A stretch of DNA of 64,000 nt from a bacterium. GTDB taxonomy: Bacteria; SM23-31. The notes under the pieces are model-generated. The model was not told where the DNA came from. It did no database searches and worked only from the letters and a program-made list of their open reading frames with translations. The DNA lies in NCBI GenBank assembly GCA_965249485.1, contig OZ252239.1:1824001-1888000 (forward strand), given 5' to 3'. The translations under genes were made by a program, and so were the position numbers. Positions 41,765 to 53,207 of this stretch are shown here, in pieces. How positions within the stretch are numbered: position 1 is the first letter of the stretch; each line of letters begins with the position of its first letter.

Positions 41765-44084
41765 TTAGTTTCTTAGATAAATATATTCTGAATTAATTGC
41801 CATATCCTCTAAAGAAAAAGCATATGGTCTTGGTAATTTATTGTTCTGATGATTTTCGTAAAGTTCATAAGGTTCAAGTTCTTTATTTAAAAATAATACA
41901 GGATAAATATATTCAGCTTGTAAACTTTTGAATAAAGTTATTTCCTTTTTTGTAAATGAATCAGAAGTTTTAGAAAATATTAGATAGCATTTTAATCCTT
42001 TTGAAATGAATTTAGCTCTTATAGCTTTAAGATTTCTAATGTCCTTTTGATCTATGTTTCCTTTGTCACTTTTACATTCACCTATCCCGATTTCAATTTC
42101 CTCACCATTATGATAATTCATTACTACTAAATCTGTTTCACATTTATTACCAAATTCTGATGTTAAATCAAGAGCTGTTGAAAACATAAAGTTTGAAGAG
42201 TGAAAACGATGTTTAATTTGCAACAAGGTTAAAATTACGGGAATTGCTCCTTCTTGACTATTATCCAAAGCACAAAGCTTTGATTTCTTATATTTCCAAA
42301 TTTCAATTTCATATTTATTAAAATATTCTGTAATATACTGAGGTAAATAATGTTCAAAACCGCAATACCCACATTTCCAGTTTTCTAAAAATAATCGGTA
42401 TTTTAAATTTGATACTAATCCACATTGGTTGCATCTGAAGGATTTCTTTTTAAAAAAATGTAAAAAGTTGAATTTTAAACTAGGAGAAAATATTCGTTTT
42501 TTTATTAAGAAGTTCATCACATCATGAGGTGTTAATTCCGGATGATTACGCTGTTCAATATATAGGTTTTTAAATTGATTAAAGCGATTTAATCCGATTA
42601 TTTTCAATCCATTTTTATATTTAATAAGATCTTTACTCGATATATTGTTAATTAACTCTCTAACTCCACTTATTTTAAAGACTCTACATGCTTCAAGTGG
42701 TTCATTTTCACGCATTTGTTTTATTATCTAGTAGGCAATCCTACCAGCTTGACTAATTCTTGCTTGGATGGCGACATAATCAAATATTTTTTTTATAAGT
42801 TTCAAATTGGGGATAGGATATAAATTTATTACATTATTAGAGACTTCTTGTATTAGACCAATTCCTTCTTTCTGGATTCTTAATTTCCATGGATCAAATA
42901 GTAATTGTCTGCTGAAAAATTCATTCAATTCCGGAATAAATGGTAACTTCAAAGTAAACTCTGGATATTCAAATTCAGTAATCGGATTAACATTAACAAC
43001 CATATTTTGTGACGGAAGATCATTATTATCATTTATTACGGATTTTTCTGGAAGAGCTATAGAAACAGTATAGCTATCTTTTCGGTAGTCGACATTTCCC
43101 AAAACTTGTGCATAATCAAGGTGATAATCAGAAGGTATAACATTTAATCCATTCCATGTAATTTTATCAATACGACTATAAACCTTTTCTTTATTTGTTT
43201 TAAAGTGCTTCAATTGTTTTTTTAGCATCATCGCTATCTTGAGAATATATAAAAATAAGATCATCAACATTCGGACTTCGATTAGGCAAATTATCGAACT
43301 CTAATAAATGTTGGTTTAAGAAATCGTTTAATCTGTTAGTATCACTTGGTAAAAATTGTATATCCATTCCTGAAGCTCTTAGATTCCAAAAATTAATCAT
43401 ATCATCATAATTATTTGACAAACCAACATACACACCAAATTCCTTGAATTTTCTATATAAATTTAGTCTATCTCGCGTCAAAACCAATGGATAAATATTT
43501 TGAATAAGCTTACTATTTACCTTTTCATTATTCTTGATACGGATTTTTTTTGCTTTCAATCCCCTATAATATGATGAATGATATTCATATTTGTAATCCT
43601 TTTCTTTTGTGAGTAATCCAAATATAATAGATAAGAGATCGGCCAAACCATCTTTTTTGCTCCAATCAACTATCACACAATTACTCCTATAGGATTTAGT
43701 TTTATTTTTAAATTCTTTACTCCAGTAGTAATTAACTATATTAATAATATCTAAATAACCTGAAACCTGCTTTTTAGTATTCCAATCTTCATGGAATATT
43801 TTCCTATTATGAAAGTTAGGAGAATTCAAAAATTCGTATTCATTTGCGAACTCTATTAATGCTGAATCATTGCTAATGGGGTGCAATATATCTACATTAA
43901 ACAGTTTTATTAGTTGCTTGGTAAACTCCCTGTCTTTGGATAAAGGTATAATTGGATTATAGATTCCTCCCCAGAGAATAGTATTAATCTCGACCGATTT
44001 AATAATTTCTTCAATTTCTCCATCTCGGATTAGGAATCCTATTCTAACGGGTCTATATTTAGTAGAAATACTTGAAGTTGCCAT
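41765..44084 (-). pseudogene. Large AT-rich protein with Zn-ribbon and PD-(D/E)XK-like C-terminus, disrupted
   Basis: Three ORFs. Frameshift near 43200-43225 and in-frame TAG at 42728-42730. CNQC..CGYC, ETD...GECK. Confidence 0.6.
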
Positions 44085-44540
44085 AAAAAATTAATCTCTT
44101 GGTAATATCTAAATTATTTGTTCATCAGTATTATTTAATTATTTATATTGTATTTCAAATTGATCTTTTCCTTAATTCAAGCGGAGCATGTCCCTTCGAA
44201 ACCGGCACCGGCTGTATCTGTATGCCTGACAGAACATGCTGTAGATGTTCTTTTGTAATACATTAAAGAAGCAGACAATTTTTATCAGCCGTGAGCAAGT
44301 TTAACCCGGATATATCCCTAATCCATTACTTTAATTCTTGCTTTCTATTGTTCATATAGTCCAGCCATTTCCCTGACTTTATCCGGGTGCATTTCTGCAA
44401 TATTGCTATCTTCCAAAAACAGGCGATGCAATCTATGAATTCTATTACTTACGGATTCCGGAGTAGCTTGTGGTTTTCATTGAAATGTGCACAAATTGCA
44501 AATAATCTTTACGACAATGTTTATACCACACGCACAATCA

Positions 44541-45566
44541 TTAGATGCCCAAAACTTCCTTTGATATATGCATACTGACCCAGACATGAGGTATGTCCAC
44601 GACTTCTGTTATCTGCAAATCTCCCGCCACCGAGCAGAGCAGGTACGCATCGATACGATTCAGGTCATGTTCTTCTACAAGATAATCAATCATGTAGCGG
44701 GATACCTTTTTTACGGCTTCATCAAGCGTTGTTGCATGCGCACCAACCGCATAAAACTGGTCGGTCTCGTAATGGGGCTCCTGAATAGGTTTTTTCCCTT
44801 TGATCACTTCTATTTCGTATACGACGCTGACTGCTGTTTCAATGGCTGTCCCGCAAATCTCGCCCAAACCCTGAGCGGCATGCGCGTCTCCGGTCGAAAA
44901 GAGCGCACCCTCGACAGAAACAGGCAAATATACCGTTGTCCCGGCAGTGTAATATGGATTATCCATATTCCCGCCGTGCGAACGGGGATCAATAGCCGTG
45001 CGTAACGTATCATTGTCCGGGGCAACACCCATTACTCCAAGAAAGGGTTTGATGGGGATAGTAATTTTATCGGTAAAGTGCACTACTTCAGAATATTTGT
45101 CAATCGGGAATAACTTGAGATATGGATCGGGGAATTCATCCGCAAAAAGTCCAAAACCGGGGATATTCGACGTCCAACCAAAATCATTGATCTCAATGTC
45201 GTGAATGGTGACCGCTAAGATATCACCGGGTTCGGCACCCTCCACATATACCGGGCCGGTAAACCAGAATTTAAAATATTCTTCGATTTTGCTCGCGCCA
45301 TCCGGGTCGGCTTCAATTACCTCGAGTTCTTCACTGTGTCCTATTGTGTACGCCTCTATGATCGAACCCGACGGAACCGTTAACACCGGAGGGGTATCCC
45401 TGCTAAAGAGAGCATGTGACTGATCACCGGTGAGGGTATATTCAGGCTCAGGGATGTTTGCATTGCCGGAGTCAACATTATACTGATCCGTGCAGTATAG
45501 TGAAAAAACAAAGGTCCCTGTTAGTATTGATAGTATAAAATATTTGGATAGTACGCTGCTTTTCAT
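44541..45566 (-). CDS. Acetamidase/formamidase family protein (exported)
   Basis: TGPVYVEGAEPGD, GGNMD, GDAHAAQG.GE...TAIE. Confidence 0.9.
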   Translation of the reverse strand: MKSSVLSKYFILSILTGTFVFSLYCTDQYNVDSGNANIPEPEYTLTGDQSHALFSRDTPPVLTVPSGSIIEAYTIGHSEELEVIEADPDGASKIEEYFKFWFTGPVYVEGAEPGDILAVTIHDIEINDFGWTSNIPGFGLFADEFPDPYLKLFPIDKYSEVVHFTDKITIPIKPFLGVMGVAPDNDTLRTAIDPRSHGGNMDNPYYTAGTTVYLPVSVEGALFSTGDAHAAQGLGEICGTAIETAVSVVYEIEVIKGKKPIQEPHYETDQFYAVGAHATTLDEAVKKVSRYMIDYLVEEHDLNRIDAYLLCSVAGDLQITEVVDIPHVWVSMHISKEVLGI

Positions 45567-45590
45567 TTCCTGCTTCCATAAATAATGCTA

Positions 45591-47246
45591 TTAAGTGATC
45601 CGGAAATCTGCCTGGACTTCCGGGCTTTCTATATAACCGATACGTATTGCCCGTACTCTGAGTGTGGCGCTCTTCGTCAGCTTGATCTTTTTGGAGTAGA
45701 GGAGCCAGTGAGGAGTTTCTCCGGATTCAGTCGTGTATGCTATCGAGGCGCCCTCGGTCGGACAGGATAGGGACACAGTTACAGAACCTTTGGACGTGGA
45801 ACCATCCGGACTGATCGCCGGTTTATCGGTTACGTATTGAATACCTCCGGGCTCATACATTTCGATGAGTTCTTCCTCCGGAATATGTCCGAGATCTTTG
45901 ATCTCTTCCATCCAGTTGGTGAGAACGAGACGCATACGCTCTAGATCATCCTTGTAGTTCGGGTCGTCAGCAAGATTGTTGACTTCATGCGGGTCAGCCT
46001 GTATGTCGTATAGTTCTTCGACGGGCTTCGTCTCCTGAAAGAACAGTTTCTGCGGTCCAACAAGCTTGTCTTCGGCCGCAAGGCGCCGCCATTCCTGCAT
46101 TGTCGGCATCCTGTCCATCCATTCTATGGGCTGCGCATAGGGCTTCTCAGGTTGAAAGTTGCGGATGTATTTGAACTGTTTATCCCGCACACAACGGATC
46201 ATGTCAACCGCCTCATCCATACGGTCGCGGTGGGCAAAGATATATTCGCGGGGCCCGGCTTTCTGCTCCCCGAGGAAAGCCTGTCCCTGCATATACGAAG
46301 GAACCTCCACATCCGCAATCGAAAGCACGGTTGCTCCAAAGTCGATAGAACTTACGAGCTCATCGGAGACAGAACCTGGTTCGATGACACCCGGCCACCG
46401 GATCATCAGGGGAATATGGATCCCCGAATCGTAGATCCAGCGTTTCGCACGTGGCAATCCTCGCCCGTGGTCACTCCAGAAAAAGACGACAGTGTTCTCA
46501 GCAAGACCGTCTTCTTCAAGCTGGGCAAGAAGATCGCCGACCTGTTTGTCCAATGTTTCGATGTTGTCGAGATACCGCGCCCAGTCTCTGCGAACTACCG
46601 GTGTATCGGGGTAATACGGGGGAATTGTTACGCTGTTGGGGTCTATTATCGGGTCCCTTTCAAGAGGTTGACGAATATTGCCTTCATGGGATACGCTATG
46701 ATTGATAACACTGAAGAACGGTTGTCCCGGCGCTCTTCCTTTCCAATGACCATGATCTCCTCTTACTCTATCCCATGCTGTTATCGGCGTTTTGAACTGG
46801 TACTCCTGCTTACCTCTATTAACACAGTAATATCCCGCGGCGCGCAGGAATTCGGTAAAACATTTGACATACGGCGGCGTAATAACATCGTAATCAATAT
46901 GCTGTATGGATGGAGTCGGATTAATATTTGTCGCCATGTGCTGTGACCCGATCGATGGCGGGTACATGCAGGTTATAATCCCGGAACGGTTGGGACAGCA
47001 GACCGGTGAGACGGTAAACGCGTTGGTAAACCTAACCCCTTCTGCCGCGAACCGGTCAAGATTTGGAGTGGAGAGTTCGTTGTTCCCGTAGCATCCAAGA
47101 TCAGGACTGATGTCTTCGCAGCTTATCCAGAGAATGTTGGGTCTATCTTCCGCGATTCTTTCCATGGTGCAGCGGGGCAGAGCCATCGTTGCTAAACCCG
47201 CACCCATTAATTCCATAAATTCCCGGCGTTTAATTGTACGTGGCAT
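45591..47246 (-). CDS. Tat-exported FGly-dependent sulfatase, paralog of 38331..40016
   Basis: RREF, CCPNR, SDHG. Confidence 0.9.
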   Translation of the reverse strand: MPRTIKRREFMELMGAGLATMALPRCTMERIAEDRPNILWISCEDISPDLGCYGNNELSTPNLDRFAAEGVRFTNAFTVSPVCCPNRSGIITCMYPPSIGSQHMATNINPTPSIQHIDYDVITPPYVKCFTEFLRAAGYYCVNRGKQEYQFKTPITAWDRVRGDHGHWKGRAPGQPFFSVINHSVSHEGNIRQPLERDPIIDPNSVTIPPYYPDTPVVRRDWARYLDNIETLDKQVGDLLAQLEEDGLAENTVVFFWSDHGRGLPRAKRWIYDSGIHIPLMIRWPGVIEPGSVSDELVSSIDFGATVLSIADVEVPSYMQGQAFLGEQKAGPREYIFAHRDRMDEAVDMIRCVRDKQFKYIRNFQPEKPYAQPIEWMDRMPTMQEWRRLAAEDKLVGPQKLFFQETKPVEELYDIQADPHEVNNLADDPNYKDDLERMRLVLTNWMEEIKDLGHIPEEELIEMYEPGGIQYVTDKPAISPDGSTSKGSVTVSLSCPTEGASIAYTTESGETPHWLLYSKKIKLTKSATLRVRAIRIGYIESPEVQADFRIT

Positions 47247-47636
47247 TGTTATACTCCTTAATTTATTATAAACTGATAATCCATTTATCAATTAAAATCA
47301 GAATTCTCATGCAGCTTGTTGTCATTCCGGAAACATGTGATGCAATCTGTGAAGGAGGTTACTAATGGGTCTGGAAATAGTTAAGGGTTTTTATTTTTAA
47401 AAGCAATATAATTAATGATGCACCACTCAGCAATTACCTTTATAGTATTTTAATAGAGGAGGTGGATGAGGTTGTGGTGGAGAGTTTGGCTTTTTCACTG
47501 AAGTGAGTATGAAAAATGGAGATACGTTTCACGTGCAAGAGTCTCGCGAACAGGTGATTGAATTGGCGTCTTGAAAATTCCTTAACTAAAGAATACAATC
47601 ATATTCTATACTACCATGATACCATACGCACAATAA

Positions 47637-48662
47637 TTATATGCCCAAAACTTCCTTTGACATATGCATACTGACCCACACATGAGGTATATCCACGACT
47701 TCTGTTATCTGCAAATCTCCCGCTACCGAGCAGAGCAGGTACGCATCGATTCGGCTCAGGCCATGCTCCTCTACTAGATAATCAATCATATAGCGGGATG
47801 CCTTTTTTACGGCCTCGTCAAGCGTGGTCGCATGCGCACCAACCGCATAAAACTGGTCGGTCTCGTAATGGGGCTCCTGAATAGGTTTTTTCCCTTTGAT
47901 CACTTCTATTTCGTATACGACGCGGACTGCTGTTTCAATGGCTGTCCCGCAGATCTCGCCCAATCCTTGAGCGGCATGTGCGTCTCCGGTCGAAAAGAGC
48001 GCACCCTCGACAGAAACAGGCAAATATACCGTTGTCCCGGCAGTGTAATATGGATTATCCATGTTCCCGCCGTGCGAACGGGGATCAATAGCCGTGCGTA
48101 ACGTATCAGTGTCCGGGGCAACGCCCATTACTCCGAGAAAAGGATTGAGGGGGATAGTGATTTTGTCGGTAAAGTGCGCTACTTCAGAATATTTGTCAAT
48201 CGGGAATAACTTGAGATACGGATCGGGGAATTCATCCGCTAATAGTCCAAAACCGGGGATATTCGACGTCCATCCGAAATCATTGATCTCAATGTCGTGA
48301 ATGGTGACCGCCAAGATGTCACCGGGTTCGGCACCTTCCACATATACCGGTCCGGTAAACCAGAATTTAAAATATTCTCCGATTTTGCTCGCGCCGTCCG
48401 GGTCCGCTTCAATGACCTCGAACTCTTCACTGTGTTCTGTTGTGTACGCCTCTATGATCGAACCCGACGGAACCGTTAACACCGGGGGAGTATCCCTGCT
48501 AAAGAGGGCATGAGCCTGGTCACCGGTGAGGGTATATTCGGGTTCCGGGATGTTTGCAGTGCCGGAGCTGGCATTATAGCTTTCCGTGCAGTATATTGAA
48601 AAAACCAATGTCCCTGTTAGTATTGACAGTATAAAATATTTGGATAGTACGCTGTTGTTCAT
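47637..48662 (-). CDS. Acetamidase/formamidase family protein, near-duplicate of 44541..45566
   Basis: Same length (341 aa), mostly identical sequence. Confidence 0.9.
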   Translation of the reverse strand: MNNSVLSKYFILSILTGTLVFSIYCTESYNASSGTANIPEPEYTLTGDQAHALFSRDTPPVLTVPSGSIIEAYTTEHSEEFEVIEADPDGASKIGEYFKFWFTGPVYVEGAEPGDILAVTIHDIEINDFGWTSNIPGFGLLADEFPDPYLKLFPIDKYSEVAHFTDKITIPLNPFLGVMGVAPDTDTLRTAIDPRSHGGNMDNPYYTAGTTVYLPVSVEGALFSTGDAHAAQGLGEICGTAIETAVRVVYEIEVIKGKKPIQEPHYETDQFYAVGAHATTLDEAVKKASRYMIDYLVEEHGLSRIDAYLLCSVAGDLQITEVVDIPHVWVSMHMSKEVLGI

Positions 48663-48752
48663 TTCCTGCCTCCATACATATGATTATCAGGTTTTTCAAC
48701 AAACTTACCATTTTTCCGGAAACATGCAATATAATCTGTGAAAGATGTTGCT

Positions 48753-49672
48753 TTACTTATATTCTTTTATGAGATGATATGATGTCCAGCCCTGTACACC
48801 GGATTGTGTTTCGACGAGAACACCCACTCCAATGTGCTTTACAAGTTTGACTTTGTCGCCGTGGTTAACTTTGCCAGCAACACCCTTACCTAATGGATTA
48901 TTAAGGTCAACCCATAGCGGAACTTCTTCAGTCAGGATGTCATTATTGGCACTATATCCGTCAATGGTTAGAGTTTTTTCCGGTGTGGGATTATCCGTAT
49001 CAGTTTTCTCAGAATTTTCGATATTACTCAAATGAACATATCCCAATTCATTGGGCCTGATGAATATATAAACTTTGTCGTTCTCTATATATTCGTATTT
49101 TATGCTCGTGCTATTCATGTAACGAAATTGCGATGTGCCTTCCTTATCAAAAACTTCAACCGATTTCTGACTTTGACCAGGTGAGTGTAACGTTGCCCAA
49201 CCACCGCTTGTTGCACCGGTTGACGTCTCGTTAAAAGCGTCATATACGAAGTAACCCATAATGAGAACAATACAAAAAGACACGCTTAAAAATATTTTGT
49301 TCTCCTTTTTTTCTGTTGCTTTTGTTCATCCGTTTCCGGTTCAACTACGACATAGTTTGTTTCGGATTCATTTTCTTTTTCGGATTCGGGTGTGGAAATA
49401 ATCGCTCCACAATACCGGCACTTTTTTGCTTCCATTATTATCATTTCCGCACATTCGGGGCATTTCATTCGTTTTTCTTTTTTGGTTTTCATTTTGTGGA
49501 GAATCTGTCCTAAACCTGCCACGATTAAACCGGGAAGAACAAAAGAGAGCATGTTGAAGATTACGCCAAGATTTCTTGCTTGCTCACTCATTTCGTGACC
49601 CCTCATGCCCCATATATTTCCAATTCCTATTAGTGCCCAACCAAGACCGACTATTAAAAGAAGTATTCGCAT
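48753..49672 (-). CDS. Membrane protein with zinc ribbon and C-terminal SH3-like region; probable frameshift
   Basis: CPEC..CRYC. The two ORFs join across a homopolymer at about 49306-49312. Confidence 0.55.
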
Positions 49673-49887
49673 TTTATTCCCCTTGATGCTTGTTGCTGCT
49701 TGCGTTTAAAACGAAACCTTGCGTTCAGCAAGGATATTTTGTGTGAGGCATTTTTTGTGGGATTTTTGTCTTGAAATTCAGCCAGTGATTTAGCTCACTC
49801 GATCGTTTCTTGAGTGATATGAAGAGGTCGCCATACTACAGAGTGTTATTCGTCTGTTTATCTATCTTCATTTAAGCGTCTAATTTA

Positions 49888-50472
49888 TTACTTTTTAGAA
49901 TTTATCCAGGCCGTTACGTTTCTCAAATTGCTTATAACTTTATCATTCAAAGCTACATGTGTTAAGATAGCTTGATTTTTCCCCAATGATTCTGCTCTTT
50001 TCTCATGATCCCAAATACCATGTTCTATTTCAAATGCTAAAATATGTGAGTCAGTAAATCGATGAAGATATTTAACATTGGGAGGGAAAAAAGATATGTG
50101 GCCTAATCCTGATATGATTAACACTTCATTGATTAACACTTCATTATATTCAAATGTAGCTAACCAGACATATGCAAGTGTTCTACCGTACTTGTCTTTT
50201 TTTTCATTATCGAATTCCAACCGTACAGATTTTCCTACCATCTTTTTTCTCATAAACTCAAAGGCTTCTTTCCCATAATATTCTTCGGGCTCTTTTGCAT
50301 TACCTGTTTCGGGTGTGTCAACTCCGATCAGCCGTATAATTTCCCCATTATCAATCTCGAATGTATCGCCGTCGATTACCCGGGTAACGGTATGGATTTC
50401 CTGGGCATATAACCATGAAGAAGATAATAACAAAGCAATCGATATTGAGATTATTCGCTTATTGAAATTCAT
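49888..50472 (-). CDS. Thermonuclease (SNase) family protein
   Basis: RVIDGDT, RLIGVDTPE, DKYGRTLAYV. Confidence 0.9.
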   Translation of the reverse strand: MNFNKRIISISIALLLSSSWLYAQEIHTVTRVIDGDTFEIDNGEIIRLIGVDTPETGNAKEPEEYYGKEAFEFMRKKMVGKSVRLEFDNEKKDKYGRTLAYVWLATFEYNEVLINEVLIISGLGHISFFPPNVKYLHRFTDSHILAFEIEHGIWDHEKRAESLGKNQAILTHVALNDKVISNLRNVTAWINSKK

Positions 50473-50479
50473 ATATTCC

Positions 50480-51038
50480 TCAATTTTTTGGATTTGCCGC
50501 GAGATAATCGTATACAAATTCATCAATAGTTTTTTTGATTGTATCTCTTGTTTGGGAAACAATAAGTGCTGATCTCGCATACCCTAAAAAAGATGTTATC
50601 CACGTTGTTACAACTACCGCTCTTTCAGTAGAACCAGGAATAAAATAAATGTTGAAGATTTCGTCTTTTACTAATTCTGCAATTGCATCTATTTGAACTT
50701 CAATGCTATACATATACCGAGATTCAGTTGGTTTCATAACAATTACAGAAACTTTTAAATCGGGATATAGGAGAGATTCCGGATATTCTATTTTATCCCA
50801 TTCATCTTCACTTATTAAAGGAATTCCAGCTATTCGCAGTTTTGATTCTATATCAGTTAGAATTTGATTTTCTTTTAATCCTTTCTTGTTCTAAAAAATC
50901 CCGTGCATGATCGCTATAAACAACATCAAGATAAAATGCCCTGTAGCCTTTGAGAGATATGAATTGGATTGGATTTTGAGCAAATAAATAATCTCCCGAA
51001 TAAAAAAACAACAAAACTAACAACAAACAACGTATCAT
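50480..51038 (-). CDS. Secreted hypothetical protein with a frameshift
   Basis: Removing one A near 50883 gives a continuous frame ...EGLKENQILTDIESKLRIAGIP... to 50480. Confidence 0.55.
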
Positions 51039-51324
51039 TGCAAACCTCCTCATTTTCTCCATTGATTCCACTGTTCAACACCTTTTTTCAGAATCGCTAA
51101 ATGTTCAGGATTCGCCATGAAAGAGCCTCGTTACTTTACTTTTATTGTTCGATTTTTTACCGTACTACATACCATAGGCACACCAAATCAGGGGAGAGCT
51201 GTCATTTTTCACACAACAATAATCTGTGGGATTGGTTCTCAACTTAACAGTTTGGGCGGGGATCTGTGGAACATTGTTCACGGGTACTCATTCAACGAGG
51301 ATCCTGGTCGGTGTACTGCTGTCA

Positions 51325-52095
51325 TCAAACTTTTTTGTACACACCTACGACTTTGTGAATAAACACGAATTCTTTTATGTTATACTTCCGATTGTTTAAT
51401 CCGTCTATATCAGTAAAGTCTTTATTGTCCGGTTCGAGATAGACCGTCGTGCTGACCTGCCGGAATCGTTTAACACCGGCATTGCCGCTTTTGAGCCTGA
51501 ATACCACGATCGAGTTGTTGTGAAGTTCAGTAGAGGGGGAGACTATGACATAGTCGCCTTCGTTGAGGGTGGGTACCATGGAGTCCCCCGTAACTACCAA
51601 CGCATATGCGCTTTGGTCCTTAATATTAGCCATGACGTATTCCTCCGCGTAACGTACCGGGAAATCTTGGTCTGTAAAATCGACCACGTCACCAGCCGGG
51701 ATTCTATTGAGGACAGGGACCTTCCGGGTAAATACGGGGCTTAATTCCTTACCCCAATCTTGCCCGGAATCATGAACGGAAGAAATCCTACTACTATATT
51801 TAACGGTATCTGTTTTAGAATGTTCGCTAGTAGTATGATTGTCATGTGTGCGATGAGCATCATTGTGGTAAAGATCGTTGGTTGAAACACCGAAGGTGGT
51901 TGCTATTTTGTATAACGTTTGGGTGTGAATATTTTTTCGATCTTTACCGCGCCTATCCTTACCAGCTTCAATGAATAATAGGTTGGAATAATCAACGCCG
52001 GATAAATCTGATAGCTTTTTGAGCGATAGACCTTGGGCACTTCTCAGCATTTTGATCGTAGTGCCAATTTTTTTTACATCCATAAGATTAGTCAT
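51325..52095 (-). CDS. CI/LexA-like repressor (XRE HTH + S24 peptidase)
   Basis: N-terminal HTH. VP.L..IPAG cleavage site, GDSM.P, VKRF. Confidence 0.9.
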   Translation of the reverse strand: MTNLMDVKKIGTTIKMLRSAQGLSLKKLSDLSGVDYSNLLFIEAGKDRRGKDRKNIHTQTLYKIATTFGVSTNDLYHNDAHRTHDNHTTSEHSKTDTVKYSSRISSVHDSGQDWGKELSPVFTRKVPVLNRIPAGDVVDFTDQDFPVRYAEEYVMANIKDQSAYALVVTGDSMVPTLNEGDYVIVSPSTELHNNSIVVFRLKSGNAGVKRFRQVSTTVYLEPDNKDFTDIDGLNNRKYNIKEFVFIHKVVGVYKKV

Positions 52096-52236
52096 AACAA
52101 TATTTTACATTATTATACAATAAATATATGTAAATTAATGTATTTTTTACTTGACAAGTGTTGTATATTAATAATAAAATTATTGATACGTAATTAATTA
52201 TACAATTTAAACAGGCAAAAATCAATAGGTAATTGC
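52096..52236. promoter_or_regulatory. Divergent promoter/operator region
   Basis: TTGACA 52151 and TAAAAT 52175. ATTATACAAT at 52112 and 52197, with a partial inverted copy near 52160. Confidence 0.6.
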
Positions 52237-52461
52237 ATGACAAATAACAAATTAAAAGCAAAGATTATCGAAACGTTCGGTTCCCAGGCAAATTTTGCTC
52301 AGGAGTTGGGAGTTTTCGAACCGGTGATTTCCCGTGTTATTCGTGGCAGAGTACAGCTCCCTGACAATCAAAAAATCCGCTGGGCAGCGTTGCTTGATTG
52401 TAAGCCGACCGATATATTCAATAATGAAAGTGAAACAACCAAAGAGGTCGTCAATGCATAA
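52237..52461 (+). CDS. Cro-like HTH protein
   Basis: SQANFAQELGV...ISRVIRG. Divergent from the repressor. Confidence 0.8.
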   Translation: MTNNKLKAKIIETFGSQANFAQELGVFEPVISRVIRGRVQLPDNQKIRWAALLDCKPTDIFNNESETTKEVVNA

Positions 52462-52711
52462 CGTAACAGCATTAGCGCACGACCGACTCGACGACATTGA
52501 AATCCTGTACGATATAAAGCGCTCTGTAAACCATATTGACACAAAGCGCACAAGCTTAAAGAGCGCTCTCCAGATATTGTCCGCGCACGAGATACCCGGA
52601 TCCATAGAGCATGATATCGTTTTGTTTTTAAAAATGAGACTCATAACATTGGTTGATAATGCTATAACCGAATCCAAGAAAACAGCGAAACATGCAGTCG
52701 TTAATTTATAA
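52454..52711 (+). CDS. Hypothetical protein
   Basis: ATG overlaps the end of the Cro-like gene. GAGG upstream. Confidence 0.5.
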   Translation: MHNVTALAHDRLDDIEILYDIKRSVNHIDTKRTSLKSALQILSAHEIPGSIEHDIVLFLKMRLITLVDNAITESKKTAKHAVVNL

Positions 52712-52786
52712 CACTATATATTTTTGCCCTGCCTTTGTCATCGTAAATAATTTTTGCCGTTCGTAACAATAGAGAGGTGTTCGTAC

Positions 52787-53197
52787 ATGCCGCAACATAA
52801 TCCCGAAATTGAACCTGTTGATCAGCTTGTTTTCGATTATTTCACGCTGTCTGAGATACGAGAGGATTTCGGAAGGAACGTTCCGGCAATAGACGGTATG
52901 CTCTATTCATCATACCAAAATCGCGTTGAGAGATTGTTCCCGGAAAAAGTGATACAGATGGATGTGTCGCGGTCGTTTGTAGAAGTAGAAATGAATGAGG
53001 CGGTCGAAGACGGCAACACAACACGTGCCCTGCACAAACATGCAGAGGTTGAGGGAAGATTTAGACAATTAATTATTGAAGCGGCATCAAACAATTCTCT
53101 CCACAAACCCACCAAATGGACTGGTGACGAAATGGCAGATTACCCGGTGCTGGTGTTCAGTATGGACAGGGGTATCACCCCGATCGGCATCGGGTAG
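52787..53197 (+). CDS. Hypothetical protein
   Basis: GAGAGG upstream of ATG 52787. Directly precedes the integrase. Confidence 0.55.
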   Translation: MPQHNPEIEPVDQLVFDYFTLSEIREDFGRNVPAIDGMLYSSYQNRVERLFPEKVIQMDVSRSFVEVEMNEAVEDGNTTRALHKHAEVEGRFRQLIIEAASNNSLHKPTKWTGDEMADYPVLVFSMDRGITPIGIG

Positions 53198-53207
53198 GAT
53201 TTTGATT

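Noticed and set aside
47509..47574. Short + strand fragment MKNGDTFHVQESREQVIELAS
   Set aside because: Looks like a gene remnant but is too short to assign.
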